Positions 25,301 through 38,025 are shown, counted from the first letter of the stretch. The stretch is 64,000 bases of DNA from Paraspadella gotoi (GCA_051294375.1 CM119265.1:12571564-12635563); one strand, 5' to 3'. Notes: a model not told the origin generated them from the letters alone. Numbers and translations are program-made.

Positions 25301-27540
25301 ATATAATGTCAAAAAATTTTTTTGGATATTTTAAGTTTTTTTAATTGATTCTGATAGAGCTTAAAAAGTTAAGCAAAAAATATAATTACAACTTTTTAAA
25401 ATTTTGATGTTTTATTACTAAAAATGAGTAAAAACTGTTAAAATCATCGGATGATGATGATGATGATGATGATTTTTTAAGGTTTTTCCCAATTTTAACC
25501 CACCCACCCACCCATCAAAATATTGAAAAAAGAATTATACTTTGTGTAGATAACTTTTCATAAGCTATTTGAATCTGCTTTTAAAAATAAAAAAATTCCA
25601 AAAAAATTTTTGACATTTCCTATCTATAAATAAATATTAAAAAATTAATTAGTAATGCTTTTAGCCATTTTAGAAAATTTTGCTCCATTGAAAGTTTTCT
25701 CAGAAATGTATGTAGTTTCATTTGGAAAGGTTCCCAAATCAAACTTCTGACCCACTCCATTGACGACGTTTGGGTCTAGTATAAGATTAAAAAAAACAAC
25801 AAAAAAAGATTTGTTCAAACTTGCCTTGATCAATGGCGTTTGGCATTTGTGGCAGACGCGCAGCCGTTTCGCTGTCATCTTTTCCTCCGCGGTCTTGCGC
25901 AACTTCGCCTCATCGCTCTTCTCCACATCTGAGCACGATATCCCAATATGATTATCGTCCCAAGGCTCCTTGCATAGTCGGCAAGTAATTCGGCCACAGT
26001 CAGGACTATGACACTGGAACACATTGTCCTCGATCGGCATGAAACACTTGAAACTGCAGTGGGGACACTGAGCCAAATCCCGTTGATCGACTGTGGCCAA
26101 TCTCACAGATTCTTCTTGTTCCCTCTCGTCTAGAAGTTTAAGGGTTTTGACAGGGAGACATCCCTCAAGTTGGGAACGGGGAAATCCTTGCTCGCAGTCG
26201 CCCGTCATACATCGGAGATTGGCGCTTCCCTGACCGCCGATGGTTGACTCGGCGTAGCGGCGAAGGCAGTCTTTGCAGAAGAGATGGCCTTCAAAGCACT
26301 GGACGAGGTTGTCAAAGTCATGTTCGTCAAAACAGCATTGGCACTCGAATAGCGATGGTAATGGAGGATTTGCATTCCGAACAGCACTTTCAGGAATCGC
26401 TGATGCGCCTCGTAATTCATTTTCCGAAAAAAAATTTTGGACATTATTAGTCTTTAAAGTCTTATTTCCTGGGTCCATACTAGCGCCAAGCTCATCCACC
26501 AAAAAAGGGTTCCCCAAATTGGTTAGAATTACTTCTTGTAGGAGTGGATCTTCATAACCAGATATATTATCCAACGTTTCGATTCTAGAGTCACTGTTAA
26601 TCATTACAAGTTTTGAATCTCCCGGCTTCTTTATCTCCGAGCAGGTCCGACCATAATGATTGTTATCATAAGGTTCTTTGCAGATCCGGCAAGTAGCTTG
26701 ACCACAATCTGGCTTTCGGCAGAGAAGTATAGTCTCTTCGGGATCCAAAATGCACTTGAAGCTGCAGTGTGGGCACTGGTGCAAGTCTCTCTCATCCATT
26801 AAAGCCAGACGAACTGACTCTTTCTGTTCCCACTCATCAAGAAGTTGCAGCGTCGCCAATGGGAGAAACGCTTGTAGCTGGTCGCGGGGGAAACCTCTCT
26901 CACAATTCTCCATCATGCAGTGGAATGTTGCTCCACCCTGTCCACCGATCGTCGGCTTGGCATAGCGGAGGAGGCATTCATGACAGAATATGTGACCCTC
27001 GAAGCACTGAATCAGAGAATCGTCCGTCTGATCAAAATAGCAACACTGGCACTTCCAACGATCTTCGGTTGTGTTATGAATAACAGTTTTGTTGGTTGAT
27101 GAAGACGTTGCCATGGCTTCTTGATGGATGTTAGATTCGTGCAAAGACCGACTGGGATCAGGATTTGTTGGGAAGGAAGTCGCGCCTTCGCAACTGGAAT
27201 TTATATTTTGAGCATCCAACTCGTTGATGTCCATCAAAGGACGCCACCGAGCAACCATAGCGGCGACAAGATCTTCCGCCGTCGAAAAGTCTTCTAGATT
27301 GGCGAGAACTTCCTGTTGTAGTAACTGCGCGTCAAATTGGGGTAAAACAATAAGCAATTGAGCCACAGAATCGTTAATCATAACAAAGTCGCGCAGCTTT
27401 TGTTCCTCCTCTTTTCCCGTTGCAGTTCCTGCGCACCGGGCCGAACTTTCCAAGGTCGTTGACTCGTATTTGGCGTCGTCGAGATTCTTGTTTCGATCGC
27501 ACGGGATGACTTCAGACGTAGACTGTAGATTGTCACCCAT
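22318..27540 (-). CDS. RNF216: RNF216/TRIAD3-like RBR E3 ubiquitin ligase with duplicated RING1-IBR (~661 aa, 2 coding exons)
   Basis: Exon 27540-25825 plus exon 22587-22318. RING1 (CQCC...QCFEGHLFCKDC...CMTGDC) and IBR (CPHC...CHSPDC...CRLC...H...C) occur twice. Then AEEKMTAKRLRVCHKCQTPLIK|EAGCNKIPCRCGAILCYVCR...GYHFCQH...CSKCDKCSLWGDP matches the RNF216 RING2 and C-terminus. Confidence 0.88.
22605..24745. mobile_element. Non-autonomous DNA transposon with ~285 bp TIRs and 10 bp TSD (Mutator/foldback- or hAT-like)
   Basis: TAGGGTGTGTCAAAATC... at 22605-~22888 is the reverse complement of ~24465-24745 (...GATTTTGACACACCCTA). GCATGAACAG is duplicated at 22595-22604 and 24746-24755. Confidence 0.92.
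23590..24060 (+). mobile_element. DINE-1/HINE (Helentron-associated)-like insertion nested in the TIR element
   Basis: (GTCC/GTCT)n microsatellite at 23701-23732, followed by two ~148 bp-period internal repeats (gggtaggaaa...gtggaaatgagtt at ~23804 and ~23952). Confidence 0.5.
24944..25281 (-). repeat. Dispersed repeat family A, copy 2 (in RNF216-like intron)
   Basis: Reverse complement of ~4806-5142 at high identity. Confidence 0.85.
25305..25617. mobile_element. Small palindromic MITE-like element
   Basis: aatgtcaaaaaatttttttgga ... aattttgatg mirrored by catcaaaatatt ... tccaaaaaaatttttgacatt. Confidence 0.6.
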
Positions 27541-28417
27541 GTTCTTTTATTTTTTAACAATACCGAGTTTTTCCTTTAATTTAAAAAAAAAATGTTATTT
27601 ATTTAGCGGTTAAAAGCATATTTCTGTTTTTTATTAAAAGAATCTGGGAAATGTTGCCGCGGAGTTGTTTTTTTTTCGAACCGGCCGAAATAAAACGTGA
27701 TTCATATCTTTTCTTTGGCGACCAGTTTGAACTGGTTAGTTTTTTTCTTTATTTAATTGTTTCCGTGCTGGCTTTTTCAAAAGTCGCTGTCAGTTTTTAA
27801 GTGATTTATAAAAATTTCTTTTAATCTTTTGTCATCTATTTGGTTATGCCTGGTGATACTTTTCCAACTTAATAACTTAATCTTAAGAACGAAACTGAAA
27901 TAACAAAAGTGATCAGTGATCCGATTTTATTTCCTCATTACTCAGAAAAAACCTACTTTATTTTTTGTTCGATAAGTAGTTCCGCCTTAGATTGATTTCA
28001 GATCAAGTGAAATTTCTCGAAATTATCAAGGAAACAGATCGAGCTGTGAATACGAAAGTCTGTGACTAAAAATCGCTGGATCGAGCTTAAAACCATTGCC
28101 TTGAATCTATATAATGTATATTTACAGCCCCTTGTAGTGACTAAACTCTCGAGAAAAAAATAAAAGGGACTATAAAAAGTAAAAAAAACTGGGAAAAGAA
28201 AGAAAAAAAAAAGAAAGGAACGGGAGGAAGGAGAAAAAAGAGCGGGAGTCGTCTCGCTTAAATTTTTCCCCGAGGTTATTCATTACTCGTTTATCCTTGG
28301 CACCGTCTCGTCCCCGGTGACCCAAGGACGTAACCTCGTTGTTTTAGGTGAAGAGGATTTCTCTTCTCCGCCTTCGAAAAACCGTCGCTCGCGAATTTGC
28401 GGCTCAACTTTGTTTTA

Positions 28418-28443
28418 TGGCGGGAAAAAAAATGGCGGGAAAA
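28418..28443. promoter_or_regulatory. Tandem E2F-like motifs upstream of the RNF216-like gene
   Basis: TGGCGGGAAA twice (28418, 28433) in a CpG-rich patch ~0.9 kb upstream of the ATG at 27540. Confidence 0.35.
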
Positions 28444-29346
28444 GTACGCGGGGTTTTCTTTTAAAAAAAAGTTGGGGGCTATGGAGAGAAGGAGAGGCGT
28501 AAGTTTTTAACTTATATCATGTCTTAGTACCGATTTATATTTGCTCCTTTATTTGGTTGATAATTAGATTTAGGTCAATTTGTTTAATAAACAATCATCG
28601 TTCTTTCGCAACTGGAATTTTCAAATTAATCATTCCCGTTAATATTTTGGTTACAAAAAACCGTAAATAAGTCGTTACGCAACCGCGGGTTTCTCGAGCT
28701 TTACCGATCCTCGTAGATCTCACCAGATTATTACACTTACTCTCCGAATTCACGAACGATCGTTCACCCATCGCGTTGTGATCATCCAACCATCTCCCCC
28801 TAAATCACCGACTTTACTCGACGGCCAGTCGACTCCTCTAAAACTCCGTTTTATTGCTACACCTCCCCTCAATACCTCACTTCTCGACTTCGCTCCTATT
28901 CCCCTAAGCTTTAAATCGTCGGCTCCGCCTCCCTGCCCTCTCACCCATAAATCGCTTCCTCCCGCCACGCCTCAATAACCCGCTTCCCTCAGGACTACAA
29001 CCGCCTTCTTCGCCGAAACGAACGAAACTCCACCTTCAAATTGTAAAACCTGACGCGGCCGACGCAGAGGATGAAATCCAGCCGACGAAACCTCGCTTTA
29101 TAAGTATAACCCCGTCCCGCCATCTCCCCTTTACCCTTTTTTACGATCGGCGGCTCGACGCGAGTTTGTCGGCTTTGCCTCTCGTTTTTTGATCCGTTGA
29201 TAATCGTCGTTGCTAATGAGAAAAAAATTTCAAATAAAATTCCCTCTTCTCTAATCTTGTTTCTTAAATTGAGAATAGGAAAAAAAAATATCGCGTGCTT
29301 AATTAATTCTCCCTTCGAAGGAGAGAGCTATCTAGTTACCGTATTG

Positions 29347-29385
<39 letters not shown>

Positions 29386-29452
29386 TCCCATTTCAATACG
29401 ATCGGCGTTAGGAATTCACAGCTTCGCNNNNNNNNNNNNNNNNNNNNNNNNN

Positions 29453-29514
<62 letters not shown>

Positions 29515-29669
29515 GTTCTGTCATTTCCACCTTACGTATCCTCCTCTCACGGATCTAACTAATCCCTTCCCCCCACCCCCCCCCTGTCTCCATCTCATTC
29601 TGCTGCCTTCTTTCCGCCTTGGATTTAATTTTAATCCCATTTCAATACGATCGGCGTTAGGAATTCACA

Positions 29670-29818
29670 GCTTCGCTCCCCCGCATTTTTTCCTCATTTC
29701 GTTTTCCGATCGGTGAAGTCTCTTTTCTCTCTTTCCTCCCGGTTTTTTCACTGTCGCCGATTTTGTTGGGACGCGAATATCCATCGTCTGTGGACTGTAT
29801 TTTTCTGTCCATTTGAGG

Positions 29819-29889
<71 letters not shown>

Positions 29890-30819
29890 GAGCATCGTCC
29901 CTCCTCCGCGACAATTGGCTACAACCATTCACCTTTAACCTCGCTACTCACTACTCGCCTCCATCCTTTCCACAAACCCCAGCCCACCTCCAGCCACCCC
30001 CCATCCACCCACTCCGGATGGGCATCCGGGGAATCGAATGGTTTTCTGACTGGCGCGTTCCAGTCTTAGATTCATTAGTCGCTTAGAGGAAACCCCCCCT
30101 GCCCACTCCCTGCCCCCCCTGTCCTCTTCCTCGCGCTCTTCTCTTCATTCCTATTTTCCCTCATCCTCTTTATTTTTTTCCTTCCATGTTTTTTTTATAT
30201 TCTTTTAATTTCTTCTTCTACTCTTCTTTCTCTTCTCCACAGCCTCCTTCTTATTCTATTTTGTCACTCCTACTTCCTGCACTTTCTTCTTTGCGCTTCT
30301 CCTCTCCCTTCTATTCATGATGTCTCAACGCATTCATCTTTCTCGCGGTAACAAAGATTTTAGTTTTTAACTACCGTAACGAATACATATCAAATAGACT
30401 TAAAATTTTTTTAAAATTTTACTATGTTTTTAATTTTTGAATATCTATAGTCTTAGGTGAAAAATTATAAAAACTTTCTTAAGTCATTAAGTACAATCAG
30501 TTAATAGTCGCTCGCCCTAATCTGAATAGTTGCAAAGTAGAAAAAAGTAATCAATAGATATAAAATATAAATAATTACGGGCTTGGAAAGAGACAGTAAA
30601 TTTATTGTTATGTGTTAGTGACAAGAACATTCAATGTAAGCAGTCCTGAGCTTCTCCCCCGCATTTTTTCCTCATTTCGTTTTCCGATCGGTGAAGTCTC
30701 TTTTTCTCTCTTTCCTCCCGGGTTTTTTTCACTGTCGCCGATTTTGTTGGGACGCGAATATCCATCGTCTGTGGACTGTATTTTTCTGTCCATTTGAGGC
30801 CTCTCTCTCTCTCTCTCTT

Positions 30820-30890
<71 letters not shown>

Positions 30891-31587
30891 GCAGAGCATC
30901 GTCCCTCCTCCGCGACAATTGGCTACAACCATTCACCTTTAACCTCGCTACTCACTACTCGCCTCCATCCTTTCCACCAAAACCCCAGCCCACCTCCAGC
31001 CACCCCCCATCCACCCACTCCGGATGGGCATCCGGGGAATCGAATGGTTTTCTGACTGGCGCGTTCCAGTCTTAGATTCATTAGTCGCTTAGAGGAAACC
31101 CCCCCGCCCACTCCCTGCCCCCCCTGTCCTCTTCCTCGCGCTCTTCTCTTCATTCCTATTTTCCCTCATCCTCTTTATTTTTTCCTTCCATGTTTTTTTT
31201 TATATTCTTTTAATTTCTTCTCTTCTACCTTTTTTCTCCACAGCCTCCTTCCTTACTTCTATTTTGTCACTCCTACTTCCTGCACTTTCTTCTTTGCGCT
31301 TCTCCTCTCCCTTCTATTCATGATGTCTCAACGGCATTCATCTTTCTCGCGGTAACAAAGATTTTAGTTTTTAACTACCGTAACGAATACATATCAAATA
31401 GACTTAAAATTTTTTTTAAATTTTACTATGTTTTTAATTTTTGAATATCTATAGTCTTAGGTGAAAAATTATAAAAACTTTCTTAAGTCATTAAGTACAA
31501 TCAGTTAATAGTCGCTCGCCCTAATCTGAATAGTTGCAAAGTAGAAAAAAGTAATCAATAGATATAAAATATAAATAATTACGGGCT
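29670..31587. repeat. ~0.95 kb tandem duplication (29670-30583 vs 30650-31587)
   Basis: Near-identical copies differing mostly in homopolymer and microsatellite lengths; adjacent to an N gap. Confidence 0.9.
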
Positions 31588-32319
31588 TTACGGCGAAACC
31601 TCATATCAAAATATTAAACACGATTTAAAACTTATGCCTCTACCTCTTCGAGTATGAAGGCGCAGGATTCGTCGGCGTTTAAAGCTGAAAAGTCAGCCAA
31701 AAAATCAGCCGAAGCGCAGAGCAGTAAACCTTGAGAATTCACTGTTGTTTTCTTTATCGATCTCGCATTGATTATGGTCAACTTCGTCGCTTTCATCTTG
31801 ATCGTAGTTCTCATCGTCGTCGCTATTGTAAAGCCAGAACGCCGACTCCTCTTTTGTCTTCTGGCATCGTCCGTTGTGAATCGGTTTCTCTCTCTCTCTC
31901 TCGCCTGTTTTGAAGTTTGTAAATTATTCCCGATAAAAATTATGACTTCCCTTTAAGTTCGCGACATAAAGCCGGGAAAATGGGATGATAATGACAACAT
32001 GAACAACAACAACGACCACCGGAGAATATAAAGTAACAGTAACAGCGTCAAAATCAGCGGCAAACACATTAGCAAACGCCACGAGAAAACTTGTGAAACG
32101 CCAGAAGATTTTTCGGAGAATAATTAATTCATAAGTGAAATAACGTTCGACGAGAACGACACTATAAAGACCGTCGACAAGGATCACGGTGTGTCAGAAT
32201 ATAAAAGAACACAAATTATTTCATGCTTTTAAAAACACCAATAAAACTCCACTCTTGTAATCTTGTAATATTTGTCAAAATTCTTGCGAATTTCAAAGAA
32301 CGCAAATTAATGCTTATAA

Positions 32320-33113
32320 ATGAAGATGGGAGACAGTACGCTAAAACAACATAAAGTTATCCAAACAAATGAAAAAAACTTTACTCATAAAAATTCTCAT
32401 AAATTATTTAAATTTCAACATGACATTAAGCAACACAAATTGGTGCATGCTGATCTAAAACTCTTTAGATGTCAAGTAGTTTTAGAAAGACTTAATTTGA
32501 TTTATGTAAAAAAAAATGTACTCAAGAGTAATATAAGTCAAGATTCATTTAAAGGAGAACAGGAAATGAAAAAGCACAAATTAGGTTACATTGATAAAAA
32601 TGATTTTTATTGTGATGTTTGCCAAATATCATTAACAAGTAAACACACCTTAAAAATACACAAATTGACACATTCCAATGAACGGCCTTTTCGATGTGAT
32701 ATTTGTCAAATTCCATTCAAGCATAATCATCACCTTACCAGACACTTGTTAACTCACTCTACTGAAAAAGTTTTATTTGTAATATTTGTAATGAATCATT
32801 CCGACAAAAATATCACTTAAAAAGGCACAAATTAACCCACACCAATGAGAGACCATTTAGTTGTGATACTTGTCAAATATCGTTCACACGTGAACACCAT
32901 TTGAAAAGACACAAATTAACCCATTTAAAGACAAACGAATCAATCAAGGCTTTCAGTTGCAATGTCTGCAAAAAGTCATTTGGACAACACTACCATCTAA
33001 AAAGGCACCAATTAATCCACACCAAAGAAAAGCCTTTTATTTGCGACATTTGCCAACTCGCCTTCGCACAAAACTATAGATTGCATAAGCATAAATTAAG
33101 CCATGCAAGATGA
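32320..33113 (+). pseudogene. C2H2 zinc-finger array gene (6 intact fingers) with one frameshift: pseudogene or consensus error
   Basis: CDVCQ..HKLTH-SNERPF-RCDICQ..HLLTH-STEK, then a frame change at GAAAAAGTTTT (~32764-32774) to FICNICNESF..HKLTH-TNERPFSCDTC..H..H, CNVCKKSF..H..HTKEKPFICDIC..H..HAR*. Intronless and AT-rich. Confidence 0.8.
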
Positions 33114-34271
33114 TAATTTTTATCGCACGATCTTTGATAATTTAAGTATCATTAAATTGTCATTCATAATCAACAATTTGGTCTTTCAAACTAGTTCTGA
33201 CGTGACTGCTTTAACTGGCACAATTAAATCACAGTTCACATTTAGTTTCAGGACATTTAAATAAGGTTCTAGAATTACAAAAAATATCTGAAATAGAGCC
33301 CGTGTCGAGGCATTGGGAAATTATGTTAACCACACCATCAATTAAAACTTTCCGAATTTAGCCAAGATTCCTGCTCTTTTTTTATTGTTTTCGTCGAATT
33401 CTTTGCACTATATGTTTCATATCCCGTCAATCCCTTCATTTCGTTTTAATTTTTTTCACTGTCTTTTCACAATTGATTAAATATTCATGAAATTGATTAA
33501 ATAGTGTCTCAATTCCCGTCTTTCTCTTTATGACATTCATAGTTATTATATAATCAGCAAAGGCTCTATCAGACTCTACTAGGAATTCCCTTCATTTTGT
33601 CGTCAATGAAAATTGAGGTGAACCTTGTTTGATTCCTTTTCGTTAAACACACGAGGACGATGGAAGCCTGTGTGTTTTGTTGTCAAGAACGCCCACTGCG
33701 TCAATATTTAAATTTTTAAAGTTTGTCAATTTAAGAATGACGTCGTAATCGTTTGCAGTTTATTGAATGTCGCTCGCTTCTCCAATTTAAACGCTAACGT
33801 AAACACCGTCGCAGGCTACCGCAAACCGACTCATGCAAACGCTACCCTAGGCCTAACCACGTTTTATTTATCCTTGCTTTACCGATGGGGAAAAAAAATG
33901 ATGAGGCGATTTTTCGCGTTTAGCATAATTAGACGTCCCTCCTTGAAGCCATAGTTAGTTTCCTTGGAGGAGAAGCACTCATTTTTTTTCATCCACTGCT
34001 CCCAAATCCCTCGTCACTCACCCTCTTTCCTATTACCTGAAAGGATACGTACAGGATCTGACAACAAACAGGGTGTGCCTACGGACGCGACTGTTAAGTT
34101 TATAGAAACTACAGTCTTTTTTCTTTCGTTGTGAAACAAAAAAAAATTCGTTATGAAAAATCAAATTTCAAATTTAATTTTATTATATTTTTTATATGGT
34201 CAACGAGTTAATTTGCTTTTTACGAGCTTATTTACCGAGCTTACTTTTTCATCAGAATCCGCAGCCGACGT

Positions 34272-34344
34272 TCCCTGTCCGTGAATCGAACCCGCAACGG
34301 TCCGCGCGGCAGTCAAGCATTCTCCCATTTAATCCAGTCCGACC
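34272..34344 (-). pseudogene. Degenerate tRNA-Gly(GCC)-like sequence (pseudo-tRNA or SINE head)
   Basis: Minus strand CTGGATTAAATGGGAGAATGCTTGACTGCCGCGCGGACCGTTGCGGGTTCGATTCACGG resembles animal tRNA-Gly GCC (GAATGCTCGCCTGCCACGCGGG...GGTTCGATTCCCGG); acceptor stem is disrupted. Confidence 0.55.
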
Positions 34345-35636
34345 ATCCTTTCCTTTTCCTCTCCTCCCCTGTTTTCCACTTAAACTTCCATTGTATCTTC
34401 CGCCTCGTTGAAGATTCCCTACTTATCTCACCCATGAATCTTTCACCCTCTCGATTTTTTAACTCGCGCTCGAATTCGAGTCGTTGATCGCTGGCGTCGC
34501 TCACCTCCGATCTTCCCCAAGCCCTCCCACCGTCACACCCCCTAACTAAATACATCGAGGTCTATCGCCCTTCGCATCTGGAACAACCAACGTTTCTTCT
34601 TTAACCACTCCCCGTCGTTACACTTGAAAAAAATACTATCCGGTCTCCACTTCCCTAACAACTTTTAAATGTTAAACAATTAGGAATGTCTCTCCACTCT
34701 TTCTCCACCCAAAATCACCCGGATAAGTCACGCCTCTCTCCTCACAATTTTCTCCCCAGATAAACAATCACACCATCCACCCACGTCCCTCTCTCCTATT
34801 CTCACTATCCACCTCACTTCAACCGAACCACTTCTCACTTTTCCCCCTTTCACTTTTCCCCTTTGACTTTTTTTCTTTCTCCTCCTTTTTTTTTCTTCCT
34901 CCCCGTCGTTTAATCCACTTTTAGCAAAATCCTTTTTTCTTTTAAATCATCATCGATTTCGCGAGCCTTGTGCTTCATTAGCGATAAGCGTGGCTCGATC
35001 ATCCGCCGCTGGCAAGTTAAACCGGGGGGGGGGGGTTTGCATTTGAACGAGCGCGGCAAACGGTGGCGAGCATACGAAAACGTTGAAAAATCGTTTAAGG
35101 TGTATTCATATTCCTTAGCCTATTATCAATGTAGCTAAAAGTCGATAGTAGTGACAAAAACGGGACAAAATTAAGCGAGCCAACTGTTAATAAATTAGTC
35201 CAGCCTTTGTTTTGTTTATCGCGATTTCCCCCCCCCCTTTCAACATTATCAAGGTTTTTTTCGCTCCTCGATTTTGTCGTCGTCGTCTTCCTACTCATCG
35301 TCGAAGACCTTTCCTTAAAACCAAATTCGCACGAACGTGTTTTTAATATTTAATGCTAGACAAATATTAAAAAAACTAGCGTTCTTCTCTCAAAAATAAA
35401 TAATTTCATCGAGAGACAAGAGGTTAGACCCATGTGCTTTCCAAACTTTACCATAAGCTTGGTCCCAGCGAAAGGAAAAGTCATTTTGAAATCTTAACTA
35501 CTTTTCCCTTTCCCTCCTTCAAAAAAAAAAATAATAAAATCGGCGATAATCTCGAAATTTATTAGAACCGTGAATTCCGTGAATTCCGTTATCGTCGAAC
35601 CGGGTTTCGATTCACGTTTCACTGTGTGAAGGAGGA

Positions 35637-35676
<40 letters not shown>

Positions 35677-36124
35677 TGGAAACGAAGAAAATACCTGGAT
35701 CCCTTTCGTTTTGTTTTGGGATTTTATTTCCCCTCAGAGCTCAGGGGTTCCCGTTCGCTCGGCCGTCTCCTTACTTTTGGTTATACGATGTTACTCGAAT
35801 TAAGAATAACTCGTCCCGCGAGGAATATCAATTCCTTACCCGCGTTCTTGTCGTCGTCGTCGTCGTCGTCGCCCGTCGTGATCGTCTTCAGTATCGTCGT
35901 TTTGAATTTCATCCACCCGGTTGTCAATTTATTATTATCATTTTTTACTTCGACGTATTACTCTTCTTTTTTTTTCGCGTATAAACGGCGGGACGCATTT
36001 TTCAACTTGGTCATATTTTTCTTCGAATTTCTCCGCTTTTACGTCATCTTCTTTCATTGATGCGGCGTCAACATTGTCAACCAAAATATCGTCGTCGTCT
36101 TCGTCACCTCCGTCGTTATTGTCA

Positions 36125-36165
<41 letters not shown>

Positions 36166-36334
36166 CGCTCCTTTAGACGTTCCCTCGATACTCGTTTTCC
36201 GTGGACGTGGATTCAAGGGGACGAAAGGGAGAAGAGAAAGGGAGGGGAAGTTTAGGGAGGAAAGAAAAAAGAGTAAAGGGAGGAAGAAAAGAAAGATACC
36301 AAGGAATGTACAAGAACTGAGGAAAGAAAAGAGA

Positions 36335-36825
36335 CGAAAAGTTGAGGGAGCAAAGGGAGGGAGTTGAGAGAGGAAGAGATGAGAAATGTTGAGGGAGGAA
36401 AGGGAGGGAATGAGAGAGGAAGAGATGAGAAAAGTTGAGGGGAAGGGAGGGAGTTGAGAGAGGAAGAGATGAGAAATGTTGAGGAGGAAAGGGAGGGAGT
36501 TGAGAGAGGAAGAGATGAGAAATGTTGAGGGAGGAAAGGGAGGAGTTGAGAGAGGAAGAGATGAGAAATGTTGAGGGAGGAAAGGGAGGGAGTTGAGAAG
36601 AGGAAGAGATGAGAAATGTTGAGGGAGGAAAGGGAGGGAGTTGAGAGAGGAAGAAATGAGAAATGTTGAGGGAGGAAAGGAGGGAATTGAGAGAGGAAGA
36701 GATGAGAAATGTTGAGGAGGAAAGGGAGGGAGTTGAGAGAGGAAGAGATGAGAAATGTTGAGGGAGGAAAGGGAGAGAGTTGAGAGAGGAAGAGATGAGA
36801 AAGTGGAGGAGGAAAGGGAGAGAGC
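36335..36825. repeat. Purine-rich minisatellite, ~44 bp unit, about 11 copies
   Basis: GAGTTGAGAGAGGAAGAGATGAGAAATGTTGAGGGAGGAAAGGGAGG repeated. Confidence 0.95.
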
Positions 36826-37771
36826 GAGGGGATAATTTTTGGTGGGAAGGAAAGAGGAAAAAGCAAATGATATGAGAAATGAAGAGGAATTGATGTTGGG
36901 TCAAGAGGAGCAAAGAAGATGAGTGGAGCAGAGACTCAAGGTTAATGGTTAATGGAGTAACGGGTGTGAAGCGAAAAGAGTTAAAAAAACAAATACTTTT
37001 AGTTTTGTTCTCGTGACGCTTTACAGAATCTAAAATCAAATCTAAAATTCGAATTACCGTTATGACGTTGCAGACATCGATTATTAGTGAATTTACATAC
37101 TAGTTCAATTATATGCAGAGGCGAATGAAAATTTTTCTTAATCGAAACCCAATTAATTATTATTTACAATTAGTCATTGAGTAAAATTGAGATACAAAAT
37201 TTAAGGAAATGATAAATATTCAATTCGGCACTTTTTTTCCACAGAACCAAACTTGTCTCTGACTAATTATTCCGTTGTACTATAATAGGGACCGGACTGA
37301 AAGACTTGTTTCCCTTTACCAAAAGTGGACTGACGTTGACGGCCTTGACCTATCGGGCCACAATCCCCCCCCTTCTTTTTTTTTCGGACTCTTTCCTTTC
37401 GTTTAGTCAGTGAAGTCGACGTATTTGACGTTTGTGTCGCTTTATTTGGATATTTTTGCTTTCTTTTTTTCTTCTCCTCTGTTGCCTCTCTGAAACTGAG
37501 TCATCACGTAGCCACGCTAGACAATTTCTTATCCGATGCATTTGCAACTGCGCTCGCTGATGGAGGAAGGAAAACAAGTAAAGCCACAGAAAACGTAGTG
37601 GGAAGAAAAGAGAGAAAAATAAAGGCAACAGATGTAAAAAATATGATACCGCAGATGGCAATGTAGATGGAAAAATAATAAAAACAAAAACTGTAATTCC
37701 AACGAGTTGCGCCGCAGTGGCTTTATTTTCACGCGATATGACATGCCATGAAATGACTAAAAAACTTTCTT

Positions 37772-38025
37772 TGCCCGTGTATTTATGACATGCACTGCAT
37801 CAAAATTCCGTCTTTTATTCCTTATAGTTTTAGGAATTCCTGAAGCGTCAATTGCAGTCCCTTATATTAGAGGGTTTTTTTTTATGTCTTAACAAATGAG
37901 CAACCAACTATAGGCAAGTTATATGTATTTTTAACATAAGTGGGAGAGACCGACTGACAGACATACCGACAGACCGACCGACAGACCGACAGACCGACCG
38001 ACAAGTGATAAAAGCAGTTTAGACG
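37772..38025 (-). mobile_element. DINE/HINE-like repeat family B, copy 1
   Basis: (GACA/GACC)n tract plus GCCCGTGTATTTATGACATGCACTGCA; homologous in reverse orientation to 50896-51165. Confidence 0.65.

Noticed and set aside
25645-25824. C-terminal 59 aa of the 631 aa ORF
   Set aside because: Intron read-through past the GC donor; RING2 continues at 22587
29384-31587. Near-identical ~0.95 kb tandem copies as a biological duplication or LTR pair
   Set aside because: Gap-adjacent, differences mostly in homopolymers, no TG..CA ends or internal coding; probably uncollapsed haplotypes
32760-32780. Programmed -1 ribosomal frameshift in the ZNF gene
   Set aside because: No canonical X XXY YYZ heptamer or evident downstream structure; a homopolymer error or pseudogene is simpler
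36173-37039. 288 aa and 204 aa ORFs; CRISPR-like periodicity
   Set aside because: Head-to-tail minisatellite with no unique spacers; eukaryotic context and no cas genes
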